From Octopus sinensis (Eukaryota), in NCBI RefSeq assembly GCF_006345805.1, contig NC_043000.1:23560001-23624000 (forward strand): DNA of 64,000 bases, given 5' to 3'. Of this stretch, positions 1 through 13,771 are shown piece after piece. The position numbers were made by a program, and so were the translations under genes. The notes beneath the pieces are model-generated. The model made no database searches, was not told the origin of the DNA, and saw only the letters and a program-made list of their open reading frames with translations. Every line of letters begins with the position of its first letter. The first letter of the stretch is position 1.

Positions 1-800
1 TATTTTACTAAAGTCTTCATTATTTTAAAAATGAACAGAAATCAAAAGTAGTGTATTTTGACAGAAATATGAAAAATATAAACAAAAAAACAAAACAAGG
101 TTAAGTTGTAAGTATTTTGGCAACTACATAAATATTTAAGTTTTAAAAATCAAAATAAGTGGTTGGCTGAGTCAGCTAACATTTCTCCACCAGAAATGGC
201 ATCAGATTTTTCATAGAAAAATCAATTTTTTCATTTATCTCTTCAATGCCTAACCGTTTAAGCCACAGGAATAGTACAACTCAAAAAAGATCCAATCTTT
301 TGCTCTGTGACTATCCAAAAATTAATAAATATTAATAAAATATGAATCATATGACCTTAATTTCCTTATCCAATTTTCATACTGTTCCCATTCAATCTGT
401 AATTTGCATACAGCACAGAACAGTTACCATGGAAATATTGAGGAAATTTCTGGATTCATAAGCGAATATCATTAGTTTGCTGAAGCCCAAAAGCTTCCAG
501 CATAATGCATATGCATTCTTGCAAATATATGGCAATCTCTTTGGCATCTACTTTCTGATTTCAAAGACTTGGCAGCCATTTTGTCCCTATAGAATACACA
601 TACCAAATGGTTACTACAGTCATCCAGTTATAATATAACTATCAATGTCCAGCAGCCGAGGTTTTCTTGTTACTTCCAGCATGGATCCTACCTCCTAATT
701 TTATATTACTGGCAGACAAAAATTCCTAATACTTTCTAAGAGTAAATTCTGTGGAACATAGTTGCAAAGATTTTCTTGTATTGACAGCTAAATGATATTA

Positions 801-1120
801 ATCATCATCATCATCGTTTAACGTCCGCTTTCCATGGGTTGGACGATTTTGACTGAGGGCTGGCGAACCAGATGGCTGCACCAGGCTTCAATCTTGATCT
901 GGCAGAGTTTCTACAGCTGGATGCCCTTCCTAATGCCAACCACTCCGAGAGTGTAATGGGTGCTTTTACGTGCCACCAGCACAAGGGCCAGTCAGGTGGT
1001 ACTGGCAACGACTTGCTCAAATCTTTTTACACATGCCACCAGCACAGGTGCCAGTAAGGCGACACTGGTAACGATCACGCTCGAATGGTGCCTTTTACGT
1101 GCCACCGGCACGGAAGCCAT
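801..1120 (-). mobile_element. RTE family-1 3' UTR fragment. Similar copies at about 6893-7110(+), 9943-10245(-), 34088-34265(+), 35218-35490(-), 55055-55250(-), 55680-55920(+)
   Basis: (CAT)n tail followed by the reverse complement of the UTR seen attached to the ORF at 57079-57608. Confidence 0.85.
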
Positions 1121-3612
1121 TTAACCGCAAGTTTCTAATTTAAGCATAAGACCTGCAGTTTTGAAGGAGAATAGTGGAATCCCTCTGCTTGATTGGTACT
1201 TTATTTAACAACTATGGAGAGATCTTGACTTTGGCAAGATTTGAACTCAGAACATGAAGAACTGGAAGAAATACTAACACTATACTGATTCTACTATCTC
1301 ACAGCTCTTAATATCGACCACCATCACCAGTTTTACATCCATGGTTTTTGGTGTTGTTTAGCCTCAGGTTAGCTCTGATCGAGCAGATTTATGACGAAAG
1401 GCATTCCAGCCAACCATGACAATCCAGTTCTTTTCTCCCCCAGCTCTTTTTTTTTAGAGGTATGTAGGATCACATTAGCTTATGGGTCCTTTATTTAATG
1501 CAATAGGTTGACATTCAAGGGAGATTGGCCAGTGATTTCTTATTTCTTTACTGCCCACTAGGGGCTAAACATAGAGGGGACAAACAAGGATAGACAAAGG
1601 GATAAAGTCAATTACATTGACCCCAGTATGTAACTGCTACTTAATTTATTGACCCCAAAAGAATGAAAGGCAAAGTCGACCTTGGCAGAATTTGAACTCA
1701 GAACGTAACGGCAGACAAAATACTGCTAAGCATTTCACCCGTCGCGTTAACGTTTCTGCCAGCTCGCCACCAGAGATTTCTAGCAGGTTGAATGACCTCT
1801 TAGAGGCACCCTCATTGCTTGTCTTTTTCTTCTTCAGTATTTACATGTGCAGGTAAAGCTTTATACTGTAAAAGGCTATGCATATATAATCCAACTCTCA
1901 ATTTTGGCGATTAAATTATCTTAGAATCATAAAGTCATGTTAACACAATATCATAACTGCTGCTGCATGACTAAATAATCTACTATTATCCAATATATTA
2001 GTTCTTAAACCTTTCATTTTATATAACCATCTGTCACTCCCCTTCTGCACTCTTATCAACTTACCTACCCACCCCTTTTTGATCCTCTGTGCCTTTTGTT
2101 TCTTATATTCACCTTCTAGTACATTGAGGTTATGCCCTGATACCTCATCACCACCATCTCTTTTCTTTCTTTCCAGCTGTGAAAACCATGTATCACCTAC
2201 CCAGGTAAGATTTATTCAATCCTGTGCCACGTAAAAAGCACCCAGTGTACTCGGTAAAGTGGTTGGTATTAGTAAGGGTACCCAGCTGTAGAAACCATGC
2301 CAAAATAGATAACTGGAGCCAGGTACAGCTCTCCAACTTACCAGTTCCTGTCAAACTGACCAACCCATGTCAACATGGAAAACATGTTAGACGATGATGA
2401 TTTTTATCTACTATTTTTTTTCAATAAGCAAAAATTTGGAATGGCTTAGCGAAATAACGTTATCACATTTAACATGGTGTTTAGAACATAACAAACAGTT
2501 CTTACATAAATATAACAGAAGGTTTCAATATAAATATGGAAACTGTAAAGTGAGAGTTTTTGTGTTATAGAAATAGGTCAGTCTCAAGGGGGGATGACAT
2601 CAAAAGGGTTAAGTATTTCATCAGTATTTACAAGAGAAAATATGTTTTTATATTTAACTACTGACTAGTTTGGCTTTCTCAATAAGAATTGTTTTGAATT
2701 TCTTCAAATTTGAAAACACAGTTGAAGTTTTGTATGAAATTTCTATGCTCTTTGCTGTAACAAATTATGAATTCATTTTTGCATGCTTTCCTATACTAGA
2801 ATGGGTTAAATGAATATATTATAGAGGTTTATCTTTATTCCACAGGTTTTTGAAGGCACAAGACTAGCGCATGTCCAGTTCACAAGGGAAATGGTAGCAT
2901 CAGCACCCATAGCACTCACACTGGCACGTGCATGTAAGCACATGTATATATGTGACTGAGAAGTTTGCTTCCCAACTCTACAGTTTCAAGTTCAGTTCCA
3001 CTGCGTAGTACCTTGAGCAAGTGTCTTCTGCTATATCCACGGGCCAACCTAAGTCTTGTGAGCAGATTTGGTAAATGGAAACTGAAAGATACCCATTATA
3101 TGTATGTGAATATATGAATGCCTGTGTTGCTTTGTCTTTATGCCATATGATAGTTGTAAATGAGTTTCACTGTCATACAAGTAGTGTCATTCATTTTCAA
3201 TATTCTGTGGAAACATGTCTAGCATGGGGAGAAACAGCTGAGGGTTAGTGATAGGAAGGGCTTCCAACAATGGAAAATCTGTCACAATCCCTGTCCAACC
3301 CTTGCAAGCATGGAAAAGTAGACATAAAAATGATTACACATACATACAGAGTGAGAGAGAGAGGGGGGGGGGAAGAAAATGGAGAAATAATGGAAATTTG
3401 TTTTAAAAGACATAACAGTACAAATAAATTGATTACAAGTTGTAAAACTTGAACAATAAAATAAAGGAACCTACATATATGTTTCGGTCCTATCACTAGT
3501 TGATCAGAATTTCCAAATGCTAAGAAAGGTATCATGTTCTAACTATATGGTGGTAGGATGACTTCAAGGTCAATTCAGAGCTCATGGTTACCTAAGTTCC
3601 ATGAGCTCTGAA

Positions 3613-3732
3613 TAGACCCTGAAGAAGTCCTACCACCATACAGTCAGAACATGATACCTTTCTTAGCATTTAACCAAATGCTTGGAAATTCTGATCAACT
3701 AGGTGATAGGACCGAAACATATATGTAGGTTC
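3613..3732 (+). ncRNA. Hammerhead ribozyme motif (Penelope-like type) with long stem II, in the right arm of a palindrome
   Basis: CUGAAGA at 3619-3625, stem II GUCCUA/UAGGAC, GAAA at 3714-3717, palindromic stem III ACAUAUAUGU, and a GUA site ending 3727. Folded by eye. Confidence 0.6.
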
Positions 3733-4029
3733 CTTTATTTTATTGTTCAAGTTTTACAACTTATAATCAATTTATTTGTACTGTTATGTCTTTCAAAAAA
3801 AATTTTCATCATTTTATAACTTGCAAATAAATTATTCATACATCCATTATTTCTCCATTTTCTTCTTTTTCCTCCTCAATATTGATAATATATAACATGA
3901 ATAATCCCTAACATATACAAATGACTTTTGCATTATATGATAGGGATCAACCAGTGGTATACCTTGGATTATTTAATCCCCAGTGAAGATATAACCTCCT
4001 CGAATTAACTATATATATATATATATATA

Positions 4030-4382
4030 TATGATCGTTACCTGCGTTGCCTACTAGCACTAGTGCTGGTGGCACGTGAAAAAACATTCGAGTGAAGTCG
4101 TTGCCAGTGCCGCTGGACTGGCTACTGTGCAGGTGGCACATAAAAAGCACCATTTGAGCATGGCTGTTGCCAGTACCACCTGACTGGCTCTCATGCTGGT
4201 GACACGAAAAGCACCCGCTACACTCTCGGAGTGGTTGGCATTAGGAAGGGCATCCAGCTGTAGAAACTCTGCCAGATCAGATTGGAGACTGGTGCAGCCA
4301 TCTGGTTCACCGACCTCAGTCAAATCATCCAACCCATGCTAGCATGGAAAGCGGATGTTAAATGATGATGATGATGATGATA
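4030..4382 (+). mobile_element. RTE family-1 3' UTR fragment
   Basis: ggcac...taaaaagcacc modules, ggaagggcatccagctgtagaaac and a (GAT)n tail. Confidence 0.85.
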
Positions 4383-7300
4383 TATATATATGTATATAAA
4401 ACAGGTTAAACAGGTTTTTTTTGCCAGTTTCTCTCTGCCAAATCTATTCACAAAGTTTTTGTTGGCCTGAGCGTATAGTAGAGGACACTTGCCCAAGATG
4501 CATGCAGTAAGATTGAACCCAAAACAATGATTGGAAAGCATTCTTAAACATAGACATGCTTGCACCAATGTGTGTTAGTGTATATATATACACACACACA
4601 GTATATATGTATGTATACTGTATATAAGATTTGAAACGATTGATAGTGCCATGAAACAAAATTTTTTACCCACTAAAAATAAAGCTGCTTATTGAAAAAA
4701 AACCTATTTTTTCTTAAAATGATATAGAAAAAGAAGGGAAGCATTTATGACCCTTTCAGGACTGCCAAGATGGAGGGAATGAAGTTATTCTTAGAAGGGA
4801 GACCTGGACTGAATGCTTGTAGTGGAATGGACTTTGCCAAAGGCACCCAAGGATCAAGTGACAGTATTAAACTGGGGCTTCTAGTTTTCATCTACCAAAT
4901 TTCACTCACAAAGCTTTGGTGAAGCTAAGGCAAAGGGTAGAAAACATTTGTTCAAATGCTGCACAGTGGGATTGAACCTGAAACCATGCAGTTATGGAGT
5001 GAACTTCTTAACCATACAGCTACACTTGCACCCATTACATGCATTTGCAACTATGCCATGAGGTTCTACTATATTGACCTGCTTATCAATATCTTTTAGC
5101 CTCTCAGCCACACGTAGGAAGGGAGAGATTCTCCTTGTTCTATTTATGATAATTAATCATAGTGGTGTATTTGTGAAAATTTTAGTTTCTGTACTGTAAC
5201 AAAAAAGCAATGTGTTTAACATTGCGTCCTAACTCAGCTGTCTTCTAAAATATTTAATAACTCTATTTTGCCATATGTTTTCTGTTAACAGCATTCAAAA
5301 GTTAAGTAAACTTTTCTGGGATTTTTTTTATATATATCATTTAAGATTTGACCAATAAAACACAACTAGGATTCATTTTCATAAATTTTTCAATCTTGCT
5401 TGGTTTATCAAAATTAGGATGGGTATTGCAATAACAATTTGTAATGATAACAACTAGTAGGTGTCATTCATAGATAGATGAAGGCAGTGCAGTTTGTAGA
5501 ATCATTAGCACTTTGGACAAAAATCTTTCTACTTTTTGCATAAAATACTGGGGTTGATGTAATCCACTAAGACTTCTCCCTTCAAAACTACTAGCCTTAT
5601 GCCTAAATCAGAAATCATTTATAGCGAGATCAATCATAATGTAAGTATAAATTAGTGCATAACTGGTACTTAATTTATCGACCCCAAAAGGATGAAAGGC
5701 AAAGTCGACCTCGGCGGAATTTGAACTCAGAACGTACCGGCAGTTGAAATATGGCTACGCATTTCGCCTGGTGTGCTAACGTTTCTGCCAGCTCGCCACC
5801 TTTTGTTGCTTAATACCAGTGACTGCACAGGATATTCTGAGGGATGTGTGGCTGTGTGGTTAAGAAGCTTGCTTAGCAATCATGTGGTTTTGGGTTCAGT
5901 CCCACTACATAGCACCTAGGGAACCAATGTCTTGTGAGTGAATTTGCTTAGACGGAAACTGAAAGAAGCCCATCATATAAGTGTGTGTGCTTCATGTCTG
6001 TGTTTGTCACTGGCCTCTCACTCCTTGATAACTGGTACTGGTTTGTTTATGTCCACATAACATAACAAACCGGCAAAAGAGACCAATAAAGTAAGTACCA
6101 GATTTAAAAAAAATAAAGTTGATTTATTTAACTAAAATCCTTCAAGGTGGTGCCCCAGCATGATCACAGTCCCACGGCTTAAAAAAAGGTAACGACAAAC
6201 AAAACTAATGTCTGAACAATATATAAACTTTGCGAATAAATAAATATAAAACGATGACCACCCACTCTAGATTTTTTATTTCATTTCTATAAATAGTAGT
6301 TTATAAGCATGCAGTACAATAGAAATTGAAGAGTCAGGTGTGAAAGAGCCCAGGACAATCAACTGTTTATTCAACAGTTGATTGTCCTGGGCTGTTATTG
6401 GTTTAATATTCATGTTCTATATACTGACAGGAGTTGGATAGAATGTCACATGGTAAGTTTCTTTGTCTTATCTGTGACACCAAATATCCCAAAACCTGAC
6501 TTGCTTCCGTTTTACAACCAATAAACAGCACTTTACCTCACACTCATCCTGCATTTACATCACATGCTCATATCAACACTTATCTCTCTCACACAGATTT
6601 GTTTTAACATCCACTTTCCCATGTTTGCATGGGTCAGAAGGAATTTTCTATGGCTGAATGCCCTTCCTGTAGCCAAGCCTCACTTGTTTCCAAGGCAGGT
6701 CATATTTCCCCATGGCCAGACGTTTTTTCATGGAAGACTGAAAACAAACATCATTGTTTCTATGACGATCATGCTCCTTTACAACCATATATGCACACAT
6801 GACAGGCTTCATTTAGTTTCCGTCAACCAAATTCACTCCCAAGGTTTTGGTTGGTCCCATTCCATAGCGCCACGGAATGGGACTGAATTTCAAGTGAGGT
6901 CGTTGCCAGTACTGCCTGACTGGCCCCCGTGCTGGTGGCACATAAAAGCACCCACTACACTCTCGGAGTGGTTGGCTTAGGAAGGGCATCCAGCTGTAGA
7001 AACTGCCAGATCAAGATTGGAGCCTGGGGCAGCCATCTGGTTCGCCGACCTCAGTCAAATCGTCCAACCCATGCTAGCATGGAAAGCGGACGTTAAAAGA
7101 TGATGATGATGGTTGGGAAGCAAGATTCTCAACCACATAGCCATCTTTCATTATATAGATATAATTATTACTTCTCAGACTTTATGCTTCATATTTAACT
7201 TTAGGCAATCTAAATGTCTTATACCTGGAGTGGTGGTCTGGGAAAATACAATATCTTCCATTATAAATCACTATAAGATCTGCTTTTATGCAGGTTAACA

Positions 7301-9287
7301 TTGCACTTCTAATGGATCTTAATGAACTCATTTTCTCCAACCTCCTGTTATCAATGCCTCATTATTATTATATAAGGTGGTGAGCTAGCAGAATCATTGG
7401 TGCACCGGGAAAATGTTCAGGAGTATTTTGTCTGTTGTTACATTCTGAGTTCAAATTCCGCCGAGGTCGACCTTCTTTTCATCCTTTCAGGGCTGATGAA
7501 TTAAATACCAGTTGTGTACTGGGGTTGATGTAATCGACTATACCCTTCTCCTGAATTTCAGGCCTTGTGCTTATAGTAGTAAGGATTATTATGTAGCATC
7601 ACATATTTAAAATAGTAACAGCTTCAGAACACTTAGTTTCGGTTTAACAGGATGCTAGAAAATACACAGTAGATGTAGTACAACACCAGTGAAAGACTAG
7701 CATCTTATATATAATCTTTTCTACTGTAGGCACGAGGCTCGAAAATTGGGGAGGGGAGGGGCAGTTGATTAGATCGACTCAAGTATGCAACTGGTACTTA
7801 ATTTATCGACCCCAAAAGGATGCAAGGCAAAGTCGACCTCGGTGGAATTTGAACTCAGAATGTAAAGTCAGACAAAATACCCATTTCTTTACTACCCACA
7901 AAGGGTTAAACAAAAACAGACAAACGGATTAAGTCGATTATATCGACCCCAGTGCGTAACTGGTACTTATTTAATCGACCCCGAAAGGATGAAAGCCAAA
8001 GTTGACCTCGGCAGAATTTGAACTCAGAACATAGTGGCAGACGAAATACCGCTAAGCATTTCGCCCGGCGTGCTAACGTTTCTGCCAGCATCTTATATAT
8101 AATAAATGAAAGATGAATTTACTGGCTGACAATAAGAAATAATTCAAAGTGAAACTTGTGTACTATGGGAGCTTGTGGTGACATTTGTCAAAACAAGGAT
8201 AACATAAGGTTAGAAGTTATCATCTTCATGGTTTTAATATTCACTTTCCTAAGCCCGCATGATTTGGATGGAAATTGTTGAGGCAAATTTCCTATGATTG
8301 GATGCTCCTCCTGTTACCAACCTTCACCTATTTCCAAGGAAGATAATAGACATCATTTGCAAGATGGTGACACTCATTCACAACTACCATGAAAAGTCAA
8401 GGCAAGGAGAACAGAAACAGAAACACACACACACTTCTTCCAGTTCCCATCTTTTCATAAAGCTTTGGTCAACCAAGCAGACAGTTGTCAAAGGTGCCAT
8501 GCAGTGGGACTGAACTCAAAACCAAGTGGCTGGGAAGCAAACTTCTTACTACACAGCATACTAAGGCATGGCTAGATATGAATTACAAATGTTATTTTAA
8601 AATCTTCTGGACACAAAATCTCTGACAGAAGAAAAAAGCAACTACATAAACTAACAAAGGATCGGTTGCATCATTTTGTCTGTTAAGCAACACACAGTTA
8701 AATAACTAAGTAAATACGTATTTTAAAAAATCAATTTCAGTCTATATTTAGCCATAGTTAGTATCTGACAAATTTCGAAGTCACTGTCCATAAATTATTA
8801 ACATTATCTTAACACTATACTTTCTTTAGCTTTTATACCAATATAAAATACTGAGCTAGGAGACTGCAATAGTAGCATCAATAGTGTTCTTGATTTCTCC
8901 AAAAATCAAAATGACCAACAAATCCAATGGAATCAATAAGTAATGGATAGAGAGAGAGAGAGAGAGAAAGAGGGAGAAATATGAAAGATCTTCATCATTA
9001 TTATTTCGCATCCACTCTTCTTGAATGGCATGGGTTATCTGGATTATCATGGTCAGAGTCAGTTCTTATTCAGAGTAAAACTGACCTCCCAGTTGGTCAA
9101 GGACCATGTCTCACTTGTATGACCTATTTTTTTTTTTTTGCATGGTTTCTATGGTTAAATGCCCTTCATAACATTAACCAATTTATGGAATGTACTCGAT
9201 GCATGTCAACATGGCATGTGGAGAAAGCTGTAGAGGACAGACAACTAATAGCATTGGTATGTAGAGCCAAAGTAAAAACCACGTTAT

Positions 9288-9517
9288 TTAACCCTGTCAA
9301 TACCATCGCGGCTGAAACCGCCTCTGGCTCTGTTGTACAAATGTCTTGTTTTCATAAGTTTTGAATAAAAATCTTCCACCAAACTTTAGTCACAATTTGT
9401 GTTCCTAACACTAGCTTAATGATAACTAAGTTATTTTACTAAATTCTTTGTTATACTTAAAAATAATTGAAAGAAACACAGAGCATCTCAACAGAAATAC
9501 GGTAACGAAAGGGTTAA
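9288..9517. mobile_element. piggyBac-like MITE (TTAA-CCCT...AGGG-TTAA). Related partial copies at about 2440-2615, 24870-24990, 25660-25848, 43820-44020, 48140-48290
   Basis: TTAA at 9288-9291 is followed by CCCT, and AGGG is followed by TTAA at 9514-9517. The interior is non-coding and AT-rich. Confidence 0.65.
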
Positions 9518-12500
9518 ACATAATGCAACTCTAACTGAGTAGGACTATGATTGAATGAACTTGTCATGACCATCACAACTTATATTCAAGCACTGCTTAT
9601 CCTAAATGATATTATCTTATGTCCTTATTAAGGTAGGGTGTGATTTAAGGGAGATTTGGTTGCTATTTCTAACAAAAATAACAAATGCTCCTTCAGATCA
9701 TACACTTGTGTCTTAGATAATAAAAAACACATTGGGTAATGAAGTCTTGTGCTAGGAAGATGGAATGGTCAATTGGAATACTTTTGATTATGGGTCACCT
9801 TGATTAGGACCGACCCAGAGCTCAACAACATAAACAACACACACACACACACTTAAAATTATTAGTTCTATCAGAACCAAGTCTGCGAGTGAATGGCTGG
9901 TTTTCACAGTGATTTCAAAAGATATTGTGTACCATTCATATCCATCATCATCATCGTTTAACGTCCGTTTTCCATGCTAGCATGGGTTGGACGGTTCGAC
10001 TGGGGTCTGGGAAGCCAGGAGGCTGCACCAGGCTCCAGCCTGATCTGGCAGTGTTTCTACAGTTGGATGCCCTTCCTAATGCTAACCACTCCGTGAGTGT
10101 AGTGGGTGCTTTTTACGTGCCACTGGCATGGAAGCCAGTCAAAGCGGCACTGGCATCAGCCATGTTCGGATGGTGATTTTTATGTGCCACTGGCACAAGT
10201 ATCACAACTACAATTTCCATTTGATTTTTTGATGTTGATGTACTTGCAAAACCTTGTCTGGCTATGGTGAAATATTACCTTGTTTGGAAACAGGTTAGGG
10301 CTGGTGACAGAAAGGGCCTCCAACTATCTCTTATCTTTTACTTGTTTCAGTCATTAGACTGTGGCCATGCTGGGGCACCACCTTGAAGAAATTTTAGTCA
10401 AATGAATCAACCCCAGTATGCATTTTTTAAAGCCTGGTACTTATTCTATTGTTATGGGGATGTAAACACACAGACACCAGTTGTCAAGCAGTGGCAGGGG
10501 ACAAAAACATACAATGTGCTTCTTTCAGTCTGTGTCTATCAAATCCACTCACAAAGCTTTAGTTGGCCCAAGGCTTTAGTAAAAGACACATGCCCAAGGT
10601 GCCATGCAGTGGGATCAAACCTGAAACAGTGTGGTTGGAGAGCAAGCTTCTTACCCCATAGCCACACCTGTGCCTATAGGAAATCTGCTATAATAAACTG
10701 TCTGACCCATGCATTAAAATTGGGATGATGATGACTCTTCATCATTTACCCCACTCCACATGTATTCTCCGTAGTTTGTCAGACTGAAAGAAGCCAAGAA
10801 ATATGCCACAATTCTATTTTATTTTTTAATTGTTTTTAACAGATTTTACCAAGGAATACGACAAACTTTTTCTAATCTCTGATACAGTTTCCTAAAGGTC
10901 AAGTCGATATTTCCTGTATTTCTCACACAGACATTGAATCAAATAACACAGTTGCTTATTTTGAACTGAAGCTTTGCCGTATGTGTTCTGGAGTTATAGA
11001 TTTAAATAATTCTCACAAGACAGGAAACGATTTATTTTCTTAACCTTAATTTAGGAATGAATCAAAGAAACAGACAAAAACGAAACATAGCTGTCACTTG
11101 CAAGTGAAAACGACCAGGTAGCATGTACTACGCTTTCTGCTCACCATTTTAGGTGCCTTTATATAAACAAGCAGATGCAGACACTCTCACTCTGCTCTCG
11201 GATTGCCTTGACCCAGTGGACTATTGAGAATACGACAGCTGAGGGGAGAGAAGGGCTACACTAACACTAAGCAGGTACCCTTTACTCAAAGACATAACAT
11301 GCCCTACCTGGTCCAGAACTGAACACCCAAACCACTTGGCCACACGTTTTCCACACAAGAAAGAATTATTTGATCAATAAAACACAATCATGATTAATTT
11401 TTCGATGTCTTGTTCTTTATTGATGTAGCAAATATAGGGTATTGCCAATAACAATTATGAAATAAGAATAGCGAGTGTCATTTATAAGTAGATCCAGCCT
11501 GCAATGACGTAAGCATGGAGCAACGTGTTCAGTTTTCATACAATATTTTTTTTTATCAATATATGATATTTGTAAACTGTTAAATAAATCTATGAAAGAA
11601 GTCGGTAAATTGAGAATGAAAAGCAACTACAAAAAAAAAAAAAAAAAGAATCCCAAAACTATATTCCAAAAATACAAAACAGCCACAATGAAAATCAAAA
11701 ATTGGTTTTGTAGCAGATTTTTTTTTCTGTTTTTGCTACACTGATCGGTGATGAGAGAAAAATGTACTTCGTGGTGGTTGCTTTCTCTTTTAACTACGAG
11801 AAAATGGACATTAAAGAACTGACTACGGAGATGGAACGGAACCACACTTGGAAACGACAGATTAATAATTATAGTTTTATCTCGGTAATTTTTCAGCAAC
11901 ACATGGAAACCGTTCAGTTTAAGATCGTAAACCCTCCACCTACCCTTCAAATGTCCAAATTTTGGTGTCTCGTTTTAGGTGTAAAAACAGAACATTTTGG
12001 CCATAAAGCAACAGAATATGAATTATATTTAATAATATTCTCATCTTTTACACATCATTCACTCTCAAATACTTCGTGACCAAATTTATTCCAAGACTAA
12101 AAATCCCGTTTAAAACTAAGAGAAAAACAACAATATAGGGGGTCATTAAAATTAAAAAAAAATCTTTCGAGTATAATGTGGGGAAACCAATTTGCTAAAT
12201 ATTAAGGAATGAGTAAACATAAGTTTTTGATGTGTATAAGTAAAAGGTGGAAAATACGGTTCGTTCAAAAGAGATTAGTAGAACATGTTATACTAGTTTC
12301 AGCTCTTTTTTTCTACTTTTCTTCATCTATAGAAAACGAAGAAGGAACAAGAAAAAATTTTACAACTTCTGATTCTTTCATTTCCATTTACGTGTGTGAT
12401 AATTTTTTATAGATTCAGACGTAAAAATGCAGTTTAAGCATATTGTATTTTCCCAAACCACCACCCCAGATTTAAGACGTTTAGATTGCATGAAATGAAA

Positions 12501-13589
12501 TATGAAGCATAAAATCTGAGAAGTAATTATATCTGTAAGTAATTAACAAGCAAGAATATTAGACAGAGAACACAGCAGTCGATGTATTGTAGTTAGTTAG
12601 AAATACTCTCAGTTACGTGCTACGGCCAGTCGACACAGAAATAGAAAACTGGAAGATAAATATGTAGAAGAGAGGAAAATATCGACCTATAGACAGACAT
12701 GCAACCGTGTTTCATCTCACAACCACTCCCGCATTAGCTATCGGGAGTCTGGAGATTGTTTCAATAATAGTTGCTAGTGGAAACTAAGTTTACAAGCAAT
12801 AAACAATACATCAAGCAAATATATATGATCAAAGACAATATATTTTGTAATTAATGCTATTAGACTATAATATTCCTCAACATATGTTGACTATGTAGCG
12901 GCACAAGCATCTTCGATATCGATTGTCTTAGTAAAGTACCAATCTTCTAAAGTTTCTGCTTTTTCTTTTTATTATAACACTAGCCATTTTGTAGGTGCTC
13001 AACCTATTGAAGTCACAGGACTTTTACAGTTCATCCTTGTATTGACAGAAAATGCACGAAATCATGTGCGCATGGTTTACTAATTCTTTTCATTTTTTTT
13101 TCTATCTTCACACACACACACACACACAATCCCAGTACGATCTGACGCCGAAATATAAAATCAACAAGTAATGTTATGTAGTGGGACAAACGTTATCAGC
13201 TTTGAACATATCTTGCTAACATAAGAAAAACATTATTGATAACGTATATTTGAAAGAACTGGATCCAAAGAATTATAGGAAACTTCAAAAGTTCGCAAAC
13301 ACACTCAAAGTAAATTATAACATGTTCTCTATAATTGCAACTAAATTACCAAAGTAAAGATACAGAAAAAAATAATTTAAAATATAATATGAATTGAATA
13401 TAGTATATATGTTAATTATAAGCGATTATATGTTGAAGGTTAATTTAATTAATGAAGTTTCCAGAGGCAAAAACATTGCAAATAACCATCTTCATAAAAG
13501 ACACATCGTATATATACACATATATACACACGCACTCACACACATACACGAGCGAAGTCCATCAATAAACATTTTGTCGCAACTCTTAC

Positions 13590-13771
13590 CCGATGATCAA
13601 AAAGACGAATAAAGCCGTTAAGAAATAATTTGTTTGGTAATATAGTAGGTTCTGTAGCACTCGTTTTGTCCATTTGTCGGCCTCCACCATGTTTGGCATT
13701 TGGAATCGTGCCGATTCCATTAGAAAATCGCCAATAGGTCGCAGTGGAGCTAACTGCAAGTCCGCCATCAT
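13590..13771 (-). CDS. ARL6IP5: PRA1-family protein (ARL6IP5/PRAF3/JWA-like), coding exon 1; later exons not found in the window
   Basis: Translation MMADLQLAPLRPIGDFLMESARFQMPNMVEADKWTKRVLQNLLYYQTNYFLTALFVFLIIG contains the PRA1-family hallmarks APLR..DF and NLLYYQTNY. It ends at a phase-2 donor GG|GTAAGAG (intron starts 13589), matching my recollection of the first intron position in vertebrate ARL6IP5. It could equally be the single invertebrate PRAF2/PRAF3 co-orthologue. Confidence 0.9.

Noticed and set aside
11762-12079. 105-aa plus-strand ORF (MDIKELTTEMERNHTWKRQ...) in the CpG-retaining block
   Set aside because: No recognisable homology, and the nearest donor is phase 0 whereas the UBA3 exon at 58259 needs phase 2.
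1-13500. Exons 2 and 3 of the PRA1-family gene
   Set aside because: A by-eye scan found no minus-strand segment encoding the expected transmembrane or HASLRLR motifs. They probably lie beyond the window start.
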